Shown in pieces: positions 51,901 to 63,740 of a DNA stretch of 64,000 bases. Under the pieces are notes generated by a model that worked only from the letters and a program-made list of their open reading frames with translations, searched no databases and had not been told where the DNA came from. The position numbers and the translations under genes are program-made. Source of the stretch: Batkoa obscura (Eukaryota); NCBI GenBank assembly GCA_030770535.1, contig JASVEC010000018.1, positions 868,001 through 932,000 on the forward strand. The letters are read 5' to 3'. Numbering within the stretch: the first letter of the stretch is position 1; every line of letters begins with the position of its first letter.

Positions 51901-51999
51901 GGGGATGTATTTTTGTGTTTAAGAATTTTACTAACAATTTTTCCGCTCAAATAGCGCTTAAAAAATGGAAAAAGCAATGAAATCAAAAAAATTATCCCC
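51901..51999 (+). mobile_element. MITE copy close to consensus
   Basis: GGGGATGTATTTTTGTGTTTAAGAATTTTACTAAC...ATCCCC. Confidence 0.9.
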
Positions 52000-52465
52000 A
52001 AAATCACTTAAATTTTGCTAAATCTATTATATAAATTATGATTAAATTAATTATAAAAATATGATGAGTTATTAAATTAACAAATAAACATTCTTTATTT
52101 TTATTATATATCAAAATAAAATAAAATATACGAAAATGTTAGATCTATTTAAATACTTTTGACAACTACTATGAATAATGCTGAAATTTTAATAAAAATT
52201 AAGCGGTTAAATTTAAGTGAGCAAAAGATAATTTACACTTAAAAAAATCTTTTTTATTTATCACATAAATTTTGTACACATGGTTATATTGTTTTTATTA
52301 AAAACTACTAAAAAGTTGTTTAAATTATTCTTTATGATTGCATAGATTGTTTTTTACTTGGTGGCAAATGCCTTCTAAAAGGTTTATTTAGATAAAATTT
52401 TGCAAACTAAAAATTATTCTTTATATAAATATTTATTTACATTTAATATAAAATGAACTTGGAAA

Positions 52466-52852
52466 TTAAGCATAATCACAATAAAGGTTACCACCATTTT
52501 GGACGCATTTAGTTCCGGGACCACAATTACGATAGACCCAAGAGCCTTGAGCACAAGTCCAAAATCCATTTCCAGAGTAATCACAATACATATCGCCCTC
52601 TCTACATTGATAGTTATTGTTGGCTACATTGAACTCACCTTTATATGCCCCTAAAGAGGTTTTAGAAGGCGCAATGTCATTAGATAAGATATATTTAGGT
52701 GCAGCTACATTATTTGAGCTCGAGCCTCCGTGCTTTTTAACAATGTTGGCTTTGCTCTCTTGGATGATGGATTTGACATCTTTCATTGAATTGGTGCCAG
52801 CTGCGAGAGCAGAGATAGAGGCAGTTAATAAAATAATGGCTTGGAATTTCAT
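52466..52852 (-). CDS. Secreted protein with C-terminal CBM19-like chitin-binding module (128 aa)
   Basis: Signal peptide; CREGDMYC...GFWTCAQGSWVYRNCGPGTKC pattern typical of CBM19; no catalytic domain. Confidence 0.8.
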   Translation of the reverse strand: MKFQAIILLTASISALAAGTNSMKDVKSIIQESKANIVKKHGGSSSNNVAAPKYILSNDIAPSKTSLGAYKGEFNVANNNYQCREGDMYCDYSGNGFWTCAQGSWVYRNCGPGTKCVQNGGNLYCDYA

Positions 52853-54083
52853 TGTTTGATAGAATAATATTTTTTTTTTGTTATAATGAATTGAAGTAGT
52901 AAGTCCTTTTTATTTATACTACATTTTCAATAGTTTGATACTGTTCATTTAGTAGTCAAAGATTAAAATAGAAACAAAGCTTGAACTTTAGTTTTAAATT
53001 AATAGCCTGTACTATTTTCGTTCGTTCTGGCATGAATTTATTTTAAAAATACTTTACTTATGCTACTTTGTTATTCCATTCTTCATTTAAAAATATCACC
53101 TTATTACAATAAGACATTTTGATCAAATTGAATAGGCTTATTTATATCATCTTTATCTATTTAATTATTTTTGTCGTAATCCTAAAAGGGCCATAGGTAT
53201 CATTACTTGCACTTTATTCGACACTATGCGTTGTACGTCTGATGAATAACTTCCTCTCTAGATAATAAAATATATGATATAGTATAAAAGTAAGTCTCTA
53301 CTTTTGAAGTCAATGAATAGAGAATTCTTTAATACTTTGTAAGAACTCACAATATTACTAAAATATAATTTCTGATGTTATACAAAATAATAATAAATGT
53401 CAAAGCTCAAATTTTAGGTATTTCTATATGCGCTTTTCATACAACCTATTTTTAAGTTGCTAATTTTGGCTAATGAATTGATTCAAAACTAATTAATTTG
53501 TTTCTAATATTTCGATACATTTTGATACAGATAAAATCACCTTAAGGTAACGGACTGCAGCATTATCAATAATTTATATAGGATCAGTTTCTTAAAAAAC
53601 TAATAAATTACTGGTTGGAATAGTAAACATTTATATGTGCACGAAAATGTATCAAACATTCCGAGCTACTTGATAAAATAAATTTAGTTTATAGAAGCTA
53701 TTAAATAATGAGCTGTTAAAAATAACTATTAATATTAGCATGTATGGATTAGTTTAAAGGGTCGATTCAAATTTTATAATTAATTTTTTACAAAAATTGT
53801 AAATCAAGCACGAAGTGTTATAAAGATATTTGCCTTTTGTTTGATTTTGAAATAACTCATGTTGAAACATTTTTCTAAAACTCTACACTACATAGAAAAT
53901 ATATAAAAAAAGTGAGTTGGAAAATTTATTTTTAAATTCCAACTTACCTTTAAACTTGCCCATAACAATTTGAAAAACTAAATTAAAACTAATTAAAATT
54001 TCAAACCCAATGGTACATAAATTATATTAAATTTATTTTAAATTACTAAAAAAACTATAAAAATAATGCCAAAAACTACGATG

Positions 54084-55669
54084 TTAAACTTGATCCTTCA
54101 ACTTAGGGCCTGTAAAACAACTTATAAACATCTCTGGTACACTGTCCACCGACCCTAGGGTCAAATAATATCCTGAAGTAGCTACCATCCGAACATAACA
54201 CTACAATCAAATATTTTAGTTTCTACTAATAAGCAAGTAAATCAATTACCAATGATAGCATTTGAATTTTTGATGGGAGAGAATCCACAAATACATTTCG
54301 TTTCATTAGGAAGTGTGTATGAAGCATACGACCACTCAGAGTCAAAATATTTTGGCAACAAGTCTTTCATAAAAGATAAACTAAAAATAAAATTTATATA
54401 GCAAATTCATATTTTATTAATTACCTTGATTGTCGATTTCCTAAATTTGGCCTTAAATTACTGATTGTTATTTATTTTATACTATTTTACAAATTCAATC
54501 TTACTTTATACTACCTTGACTGTTCTCCGTCTTTGGGTTAAACCCGTCAATTAAAGCTAAATTGAATATGTGTATTGTTCCTTTATCTGAACTAACACAT
54601 ATTCTTGTTGATTCTTGATTAAATGCTATACTAAAAAATGTAAGAAAATAATGTTATGACATATAATAAATTACCAATATATCTCAGCTCTATCAACCCC
54701 ACGTCTAAACTCGTGTAGTACTTTACCTGAAGAGGTATTAAACACTCTTATTAAAGTACCCTTGAAATTTTAAATTAATTGAAATCAATCAATTATGTGA
54801 TATTTACCTTTTCACTAGCCGAGGCTAATAAAGTGCCATTTTCATTTAAAGCGATACAAGATAATTTAGAAGTGTGGGCTGCAATAATTGAAATTGGAGG
54901 TGGTTTTGAAGGTGCATTCATAATGATAGAATTGGCTAATGAAGAAGTAGCTGAATTATAGTTTGATTCTCCATCATGGCTAAAGTTTAGACCGATATCT
55001 ATTAATTGTATATGTCCTTTTTGTATTCCTGGTATGGCCAATATAGATTTGTTCAAGGACTGTGATACAGTTATTAATCCTAATTTATAGTGTGAAAACC
55101 ATTTGCCTTTTTTATATTTGAAATATAAAAATACCTTTATTATTTAAACTTGTTTCAAAAGTATACAGTTTTTGTGGTATATCCCCAAACGAGTAAACGA
55201 ACGTTTTTGTAGCTAAAACTACAATCAGCCTAGAATGATTTATATTCATAATCATCATATAAACATATCATTTACCTATCTCTTCTCAATTTAATTCCTT
55301 TGACTACAGATCTAAATTCCAATTCAAAAACAAATTTTGATTTTATGTCATCCCAAATCATCACTTTATTTGGTGGAAATTTTGGATTTTTCCCACCGCC
55401 CACCAAAGCTATAAAGTTGGAGCGATACAACATCTCTATTCCTCCAATGCCGCCATCTTCATATTCTATTACGAATTAGATTTTACAATTAATCGCGATT
55501 AATATAAAATTAATTAAGCACTACCTTTCCTTGATTTCTCATGCAATGGATCACTATTAAATATCTTAAAGCCTTTATCTGTGCCTATAGCTATACATCC
55601 AAAATCCTGATTAAAACTGGTAGAGAGTAATCCCGATGTTTCTCCAAAACAATTGGTTTCTAAGTTCAT
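54084..55669 (-). CDS. HSV2: PROPPIN WD40 phosphoinositide-binding protein, Hsv2/WIPI3-4 type, multi-exon
   Basis: [83 protein letters not shown]. Confidence 0.88.
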
Positions 55670-56341
55670 TAATATCCGCTTTTTATTTTGAGTTGATTTT
55701 AAAAATAATTTGGAAAATATTAGAAAAAAATTAGTGAGACTGCTTTTTAAAATGATAAAGACGCGCTGATTTGCTCAGCCTTTTTTTAATCAATTAGATT
55801 CATGATTCAAGATAAAGCTGTTGCAGCTCTTTTTTAACTTTCTTAGCGGTAATTTTTATAATTAACTTATTTGAATTAGCAATTTTTTAGATTTTGTTCC
55901 TTTATTTTGATGAATTTCAGCATAACTTTATTTCTTAAATAAATAAATAATTGAGTCACAAAAAAGTTGTAATAACTGTAAACAGGAAACAAGAATACAT
56001 TTTGTTTCTCGTACATTAGGTCTTTTGTAAAAAGAAAATTTATATTATAACATTGTATAAAATAACTTAGGTTAATTAAATACATAATAAATCAAACTAT
56101 ATAAACTCATTAATTCTACTAAAAGAAACGGTCTAACTCAATAAAAATTAAACTGAAAAGAATGGATATCCAAACATAAACTTACAGCAAATAATCAATT
56201 GAGAATATTTGGAAATGAGGTCATACCCTTGAAGCCAAGGAAAAAAGCCAAACTCCAACAAAAAGATTAACCAAACATTACTATTTAAAAAGAAGAAAAA
56301 TCAAGAGATTATTTTTTTATCAAATTTAAACTAAAATAATA

Positions 56342-56761
56342 ATGAGTTCAGATAATAACAAAATTCAAGTCAGCTTAGATAATAAAAATGAATTAATACA
56401 TTCACCAGTTCAAGAATCGAGCCAAGCTCCACCCCCTTATAATATTGAAGAGAGCAGCCACATAAAACACGGGATTGAAAGTGATCCTTTGATAACAACT
56501 CAACCAACTGCAACTTTGATTAACCAGCCCGGTTTATTACAACTAACTCAAAGAGGACCAGCTACCTTAGTGTGCCCATTTGAGAACATCCCAGTGGTTA
56601 CTGAAGTAAAGTATGAAGCAGGTCTTAAAGCAGGTTTGTGTTCAGTTGCCGTGTGCTTCCTTTTCTGGCCCATGTTTTGGTTACCACTCGTTACTAAGTC
56701 ATTTAAAGAAGAAGTACATTTCTGCCCTTCATGTAAAAGAGCTATTGCTATTGCTCCTTAA
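56342..56761 (+). CDS. LITAF-like zinc-ribbon protein with PPPY motif
   Basis: APPPY (PY motif), CPFE...VTEVKYEAG, short hydrophobic stretch, EEVHFCPSCKRAI. Confidence 0.85.
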   Translation: MSSDNNKIQVSLDNKNELIHSPVQESSQAPPPYNIEESSHIKHGIESDPLITTQPTATLINQPGLLQLTQRGPATLVCPFENIPVVTEVKYEAGLKAGLCSVAVCFLFWPMFWLPLVTKSFKEEVHFCPSCKRAIAIAP

Positions 56762-56929
56762 GTCGTTTTTCCTTTTTAACTTATATATACTTAGTAATAA
56801 ATTATAACAGATTTAAAATAAAGTTAGTATTCTTTTAAATTTATTAGATAAATATGCGATAAATTTGCTCATGAAAAGTTATGATCTATTATTACTTAAA
56901 GCGCATACATAATAGTTTACCCAACTTTA

Positions 56930-57290
56930 GCAGTTTAGGGCCAGTATTAGCAATAGCAACAATTCAGTTACAAGAAAGACAGCCATCAGTTTTCTTACAA
57001 ATTGAGTTATTATTGAATATTGAATAATGAGATATCCAAAAGGAAATAAAACAAAAAACTTATCACAATAGAATTTTAACTTTCCTAGAGGATACGAAAA
57101 AGAAAGAATAGAAATGGGTATACTAAAATATCATATACCCAGCTTGACAGTTATCCTTATTTACTTTTTCAAATAGGGAAAGTAAAAATTGCTGCGCTCC
57201 TTCTAGATAATTTTGAGACTTCAGCTTGCTTTACGAGAACAACTCGGTTTGAATAGATTGAATCATCAGGTCTGCATAATATCAGGAAAT
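56930..57290 (-). pseudogene. Decayed LITAF-like copy
   Basis: Reverse-strand fragments SNRVVLVKQAEVSKLSRRSAAIF and CLSCN*IVAIA align to 62904-63308. Confidence 0.65.
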
Positions 57291-57363
57291 GAGTAAATAA
57301 AATGCTTTCTCCTGTATAGTAACTCAGAAAGCCTTGATATTGCTGGCAGATTTTTTAGTATAT

Positions 57364-57560
57364 GGGGATGTATTTTTTGTTTAAGAACTTTACTAACAAT
57401 CTCCACTCAAATAGCATTTGGGGATGTATTTTTGTATTTAAGAATTTTACTGACGATTTTTCCACATAAATAGCGCTTAAAAAATGGAAAAATAATGAAA
57501 CTAAAAAAAACAGCCCCATTTAAAAAATTAAAAAAGTAATGAAATCAAAAAAACATCCCT
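57364..57560 (+). mobile_element. Nested MITE: inner copy 57420-57517 inserted in an outer copy with ATTT duplication
   Basis: ATAGC-ATTT-[GGGG...CCCC]-ATTT-AAAAAATT. Confidence 0.92.
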
Positions 57561-57887
57561 ATATATAGAAGTTTAAACACTAGCTAAAATAAGAAAAAGG
57601 GTGTTAATCTGTATCTTATACATAGTATATATTTATGCCTTTAGTTCTGAAAATTAGTATCAACAAGGAATTATACTTATAACACTTATCCTTAATTAGA
57701 AAATTTAGAATAAATCAAATCTGCAGTAACAGTGAAGTTTGAGTATGAGGTTAAACATAAGGATTGAACTACTTGTAAACTTGGTTTTATTGTATAAAGG
57801 AGTAAGTGAAAGATCCACAAATGAAAAATCAATATTTTTAATAATTAAGCAGTACTTGTACATACTAAACTTTATCTGGCTTCCAGC

Positions 57888-58260
57888 TTATTTGGCAATA
57901 TCAACGATTTAATCACAGAAAGACAATGATGAGCCCGAAGATAGAAAGAATTTTTAAACATTAAAACCCTCAAAAGATGGTAGAGAAGGTGAAAATAATC
58001 ACAACGATACGATCTAAGAATCTCCAAGATAAAAAGATGCAAAAAAAAGGGAAAAAATCAACTTAAGTAAAATGTTTCAAATCCAGTTCGACAAAAACCC
58101 TTGGTAATTATCTGAATATCTTCAAAGGGAGAAATTTAAATTGCTACCCATCTGTTTAATAACTGTAAAACTTATGGTTGCTTGACAGAGACAACCTAGT
58201 TTGAATGACACAATCCAATGAGATTGCATAATGGTACGGAAGGAGTAATAAGTAACTGTT
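57888..58260 (-). pseudogene. Decayed LITAF-like copy
   Basis: Fragments HSN*VVSVKQP*VLQL, SPFEDIQIIT, YLRAHHC...CD*IVDIAK. Confidence 0.7.
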
Positions 58261-58602
58261 CAGCTTTATACCTCACGGTTTTGACACTAATTAGTTAAAA
58301 AGTTAGAAAATTAACATGGACAAAATGAAGTTTTTGTTGTATTTGTAATTCAAAAAATCCATAGCCTCAATTTCAATAATTGGTTGTTATTTTGTAGGGT
58401 TTATATTTAATTTGTGGATCTAGGAACAATCAAGACTAAAGAAATAGAACTTTAATCGTAAACTGATCAATAATAAGAATAAAGTTACTTTTATCGTTTA
58501 GCTTCAATATATAAGTAGATACATATGAATTCAATAAATGAATACTATATATTATCATTCATCAAGGCAGCGTACTGAGTTGTATTCTACCCAGCCTCCA
58601 AC

Positions 58603-59006
58603 CTATTCAGCAACAGCAACAACCCGATTACAAGAAGGACAATGATGAATCTGGTCATAATAAGGTCCATATCCGACGATCAAAACGACTGTAAGGAAAA
58701 CAAATAGAAGCAATAAGAATATGGTATAATATGCCTCAAATGATCCTAAAGCGAAGATAATTGAAAGAGAACAGAAGAGGAAAGCGAGTAAAGTTATAAA
58801 TAAGCTAAGCCTAGGCTCATACCAAATCTTAGTAGTTACTTCTTTATCTTCAAACGGGCAGATTAAAACTGCTATACCCCTTCTGGATAATTGTAGAATT
58901 TCGGGTTGGTTTATAAGTATCGTTTTTTTTGAATAGGATGGTATGGTTGACTTAATAATGGTGGGGAATGTGTAAATTTGGCACTTTCAATATTTGAGTA
59001 ATTCAT
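58603..59006 (-). pseudogene. LITAF-like copy with a single 1-nt frameshift near 58953 (young pseudogene or sequence error)
   Basis: MNYSNIESAKFTHSPP, then in another frame TILINQPEILQLSRRGIAVLICPFEDKEVTT...QIHHCPSCNRVVAVAE*. Confidence 0.8.
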
Positions 59007-59722
59007 AGATCTTTGATTTTGATGATTATTTTTTTGACTAACCTAGTTAAATTTGGTTCATTTTTATTTATATCACCACTAATTTGCTATTATATCATTT
59101 TTTTCATAGTTCAACTTTTTGAGACTACTAGTTTAAGGCCAAGTGGCAAAAGATCTTTGATTAAAGTAATTGCAATGGTGCCAAGACAAGTTGTTTTTTT
59201 GTGGAATAGAGTTTTTTGAGTAACTAAATTTAAGTTTGGCTTCAATATTAGGGGCTTTGTTGCCTAGCGTATCGTAAATTTTCCAAAGTTTTTATAATGA
59301 TGGCTGCAGGCTGTAATAGAAAAGCTATCTTTTTCCAAAGTTGTTAACTTTCGAGAAAAAAATTCAATTAAATAAACATATTTAGATTAAAAACCTAAGC
59401 AAGTTTAAAAGATGAGTTGAAATTGAAAGTAAAAATTTTCAATTACTTTTTATCTATTTCCTATGTAGTGTAAAACCTCAAAACGTTTCATGAATCATTC
59501 TAAAATCAAGTAAAAAAGTAAATATTTTTATAGCACTTAGTGCTTACTTGTGATTTTTACAAAATTAAATTGAATAAAGTTTGAATTGAGCTTTGAACTA
59601 ACCCATAACTGGTCTTCACATTACAGCATTACAGCTACTAGAAAGTGAAAGTGGGTATTTTGTACTAATAAAAAATAGTCAATACTTAATTGTTAGTTAT
59701 AATGAAACAATGAGTTATTATA

Positions 59723-59840
59723 CAGCGTTTTCTAAAATGATCAGGTTAAAAAAATAAGTCAAAAAACCAACCTCATTTAAGTTCATGTGTGCACTAACTA
59801 AATATTCATTTTTTTAACCTGATCATTTCAGAGAATGATG
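59723..59840. repeat. ~118 bp element with ~35-bp imperfect terminal inverted repeats (possible second MITE family)
   Basis: TCTAAAATGATCAGGTTAAAAAAAT ... ATTTTTTTAACCTGATCATTTCAGA; left flank TA|CAG. Confidence 0.6.
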
Positions 59841-59949
59841 CAATATTATTTTTAACTAGAAAATTTAGGATTCAAATTGCTCTTTTAGTAACATCACTTT
59901 TTTAGCCCAAATTTTGCAACATATTAGGCATCCTTGGCTAATAACAAAG

Positions 59950-60041
59950 TATGATGTTTTAGTTTTATTTTTCTATTTTTTAAGCGCTGTTTGAGTGAAA
60001 AAGATTGTTGGTAAAATTCTTAAGCAAAAGAATACATCTTC
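59950..60041 (-). mobile_element. Degenerate MITE copy
   Basis: Core TAAGCGCTGTTTGAGTGAAAAAGATTGTTGGTAAAATTC. Confidence 0.75.
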
Positions 60042-61206
60042 ATATTCTTTAAGTTTAATAAAATTTATAAAAAATAAAACGATTGGCTTGTATTCAATAT
60101 TTTATTTTAGAAATTATTGATAAACAAACGGTAATGTAAACTGAAACTATTAAACACTGAGCTTCATGTATTTGTTTATTAGTAGCAATATTAAATAAAC
60201 ATAGTATTTAATAAATATCATCTACAATTCTGATTTTTAATACTAACTATATATTAACCTTAGGTTTTTTTAACTACTTGTCAATCAAACAGTTTCTTAT
60301 ATTAAAGGCCTTTAAAATTACAAAAGTGGCCGAGAATCAAATATTATAGAGGTTTAAAGAATGAGGATGTACCAAGAACCTTCACAATGACATCTAATCC
60401 AAGCACTAGATGAATTTCAATTATTTTGGGTTAACCTTGGTTCTAGGGTATAGGTATGGGAATTCTTTGAATAAGAATTTTTATGTCACTCTACTACCAG
60501 GGCTTTGAAGGGAGATAAAGCAATTAGCTTTAAACTTATAACTAGTTTTAATATGGCTTTGGTTTTAATTCTAATAGTAGCTTAAATATTTGCATTAACC
60601 TTTCCTCTATTATTAACTTTGATAAAAATTATCATTAATATTAACTTAAAGTATCATCTGATACATAGATATATTATTACATATATATCATGGTTAATAA
60701 TACCAGATAATGTTACTTTAAAATGATCTTATAACAAATTAAAGCCATTCTAAAGATGTCTTACTTTGCTAATTGCATATATAAATTCATTAAGACTAGT
60801 CAATTTAAAATTAATTTTGTATGGTTTTATTAAAACATAACAAGAAGTTAAATACCAATTTTAGGTTGAATTTAAATTTTCGTTATGAATAAATAGTTAA
60901 GTAGCTCCAATTAGACCTTAAATCCCTATATTACTTTAAATAAAGTAAATCAAAGGCATTTATGAACATCAAAAAATAAAGTGTTAGGAAAAACCTTGAG
61001 TAGCCCGCTCCAAGGAAATCTAGGAAGCGGTTTAGAAAGTAGTTTAAGGGAACTTTATGATGAAAGAAATTTACGTTATTACTTTTTTAATAATCTTATC
61101 ACCAATAGTTAGCTTAATCTGTATTAGTTAGCACATTCATTTTCATGCTAAATAGAAACTAAAAAGTATATAAAGAAAATAGGTTTGATAGCACAGATAA
61201 TTAGAA

Positions 61207-61629
61207 ATGTATTATTCAACAGAAGATAAAATTCAATTCATTGTCTGCTTTATCCTCTTCCTTGCCTGGTTCTTATGTATGATCCCAGTAAGGATAGCCC
61301 AATGGAAAGCTAATGATGGCTTTGATATTAATAATCCTCGTGAACAATATAAAACTTTACCAGGATTTGCACAACGCGCTCTATATGCTCATAACAACAT
61401 AAATGAAGGTTTTGTGTGGTTTGCTTTTTCTATACTGGCAAATAAAATTGGTAATGGTAATGAAACTGCAGCAGCTTTACTTGCTTTAATTTATCTTATT
61501 ACTAGATTGATTTTTATTCCGGCTTATATATTTGATAAAGCATCAATTCGTGCTGTTGCTTTCATAATTGGTTTTTTAGCCAATCTTATACTTTTTATTG
61601 TTCCACTCGTATCAAACTCAATTTACTAA
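61207..61629 (+). CDS. MAPEG family membrane protein (140 aa)
   Basis: NNPREQ...GFAQRALYAHNNINEGF, Y...RLIF...YI, S.R...F motifs; four hydrophobic helices. Confidence 0.9.
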   Translation: MYYSTEDKIQFIVCFILFLAWFLCMIPVRIAQWKANDGFDINNPREQYKTLPGFAQRALYAHNNINEGFVWFAFSILANKIGNGNETAAALLALIYLITRLIFIPAYIFDKASIRAVAFIIGFLANLILFIVPLVSNSIY

Positions 61630-62136
61630 TTTACTATCCTCTTTCTCTTTGACTTGGATTATGATCCCCAACCCATGTAGATAAAGGGATGTCCCTATAA
61701 TGCATATTTCATTTGATGCTATAAAAATAAACTATCATATAAATATGACACAGCTCCAATCTCCTAAGATTTTAAAAGTCTACTACGAAAAATTTAAATA
61801 AACCTTAAACAGGTGGTTTGATCATTTAAAAACCAAGGTGCTTTATTTAAGCTTTTACCTAAAAAATGTAATAATCATATACACTATTGTGCTTATTTTT
61901 AAGTTTCTTGTCGTTGATAATAAAAAGTAGTGTACAGATGTTGTAATAACTAAAATTAAATTTTGATTTTAACTAATTCACCAAATAAATTTTTTATCTA
62001 CACTCAAAATAAGTAGTGGTTTATTTTATCTATAAAGAGTATAAATTAAAAGATCGATAATACTGAACATCAAATATAGTAAGGAAAATATATGGAAGGT
62101 GATGAATCAAATTAAAAGATAACCAAACAAAGAGAT

Positions 62137-62644
62137 GGGGGTGTTTTTTTTCGGTTTTGTTACTTTTTCCATTTTTTAAACGCTATTTGAGTAGAAAGAT
62201 TATTAATAAAATTTTTAAAAAAACATCTCTGGATGTTATCCTAATGTTCTAAAACTTTGCACTTATTTTTTAGCATAAGATTTAAAAGTAAATGATATGT
62301 GGATGTATTTTTGTGTTTAAGAATTTTACTACAAATTTTCCACTCAAATAGCACTTAAAAATGGAAAAAATAATGAAGTCAAAAAAAACACTCTCATATA
62401 ACATACCTTTATTTTATTAAATATATTTTCTGTTTTAATCCGCTAATTTAATAAAATTATACTAAATATTTTTACACGTTTGTTTAAAATTATCAGCTCT
62501 TGATTAAATATGTTAATAAAACGATAACTTATATTTTATTATTATATGAGGATTTTTTTTTGGCTTCATTACTTTTTTCATTTTTAAGCGCTATTTGAAC
62601 AGGAAAGTTGCTAGTAAAATCCCTAAATACAGAAATACATTCCC
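62137..62644. mobile_element. Three MITE copies (62137-62230 reverse, 62299-62395 forward, 62548-62644 reverse)
   Basis: Family core; ATAT TSD on the latter two. Confidence 0.88.
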
Positions 62645-62903
62645 ATATACTTGTATACTCAAAATTTTTATAGCTTATAGTATGAAATTCACTATTTCCT
62701 TGTAATCTATGATATAATCCTAACGTTTATTTTAAAAAATAATATCATACTATCATTTTTAAAAATAAAGTCCTTAAAGTCAATAAAAAAAGCATAAACT
62801 AGTTAAAGTGTTAACTTTATTTAATAACTTGTAAATAAAAGTCATAATATTACTATTAGCTGAGATATGATATTTACACCGCATTTTAACTTCAACCATA
62901 TAA

Positions 62904-63308
62904 TCACTTGGCAGTAGCAACAATTCGATCACAAGAAGGGCAGCGATGAATTTGGAGGTAAAGAAAATCTTTATTGAAGATATAAAATCCTAAAAGATAC
63001 CAAAAGATGGTATAATAGAATATAAAAGCACCTGACACTAAAGACAGCAAGGGCAAAAGAGTTAAAAGGAAAACAAGGAAAAAAACAATTGCGCTAGAAA
63101 ACACCCTAAACCCGGACTCATAGCTAATCTCAGTAGTTACTTCCTTATTTTCGAATGGACAAACTAAAATGGCTACTCCCCTTCTACTTAGTTCTAAGAT
63201 TTCAGGTTGTCTTATAAGTATAGTTTGATTTGAATGAGATGAACCAATTGCCATATATGATGGTGGAGATTGATTCAATTTGCCACTTTCAACATCTATG
63301 TTATCCAT
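62904..63308 (-). CDS. LITAF-like zinc-ribbon membrane protein with PPSY motif
   Basis: SPPSY, QPEILELSRRG...CPFE...VTT, long hydrophobic insert, QIHRCPSCDRIV. Confidence 0.85.
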   Translation of the reverse strand: MDNIDVESGKLNQSPPSYMAIGSSHSNQTILIRQPEILELSRRGVAILVCPFENKEVTTEISYESGFRVFSSAIVFFLVFLLTLLPLLSLVSGAFIFYYTIFWYLLGFYIFNKDFLYLQIHRCPSCDRIVATAK

Positions 63309-63641
63309 AAGTTTTTGACTTTAAAAATTACTTTAGAATTAAACTGTTATTTTTTTTTCTTTCTTTCTTTCTTTATATATTGTTACAATACGGTTTTTTA
63401 TTTTAAATATTTAACTTTACAGGTTTAAGATCACATGACAAAAGATGTCTTAAAGTAAATGAAAAAGCTCTAATATTTTCATCAGTTTTAAGGGAACTGC
63501 CAATGTAGGTTTGAAGATATAAGTTGATGTAAAGATGCAAAATGTATGTCTAATCATTAACAATTATAAGGAAATGCCAATAACTGAGCAAATGTCTCGA
63601 GTTCTTAAGCTAGTTTACATCTTTAAATTACATTAATATAT

Positions 63642-63740
63642 GGGAGTGTTTTTTTTGACTTCATTATTTTTTCCACTTTTTAAGCGCTATTTGAGTGGAG
63701 AATTTGTTGATAAAATTCTTAAACACAAAAATATATCCCC
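63642..63740 (-). mobile_element. MITE copy
   Basis: GGGAGTGT...ATATCCCC with ATAT TSD. Confidence 0.9.

Noticed and set aside
3608..63740. The Tc1-derived array as the transposase source for the abundant MITE
   Set aside because: The MITE has a 4-bp TSD and G-rich ends, not TA TSDs, and the array proteins look catalytically dead.
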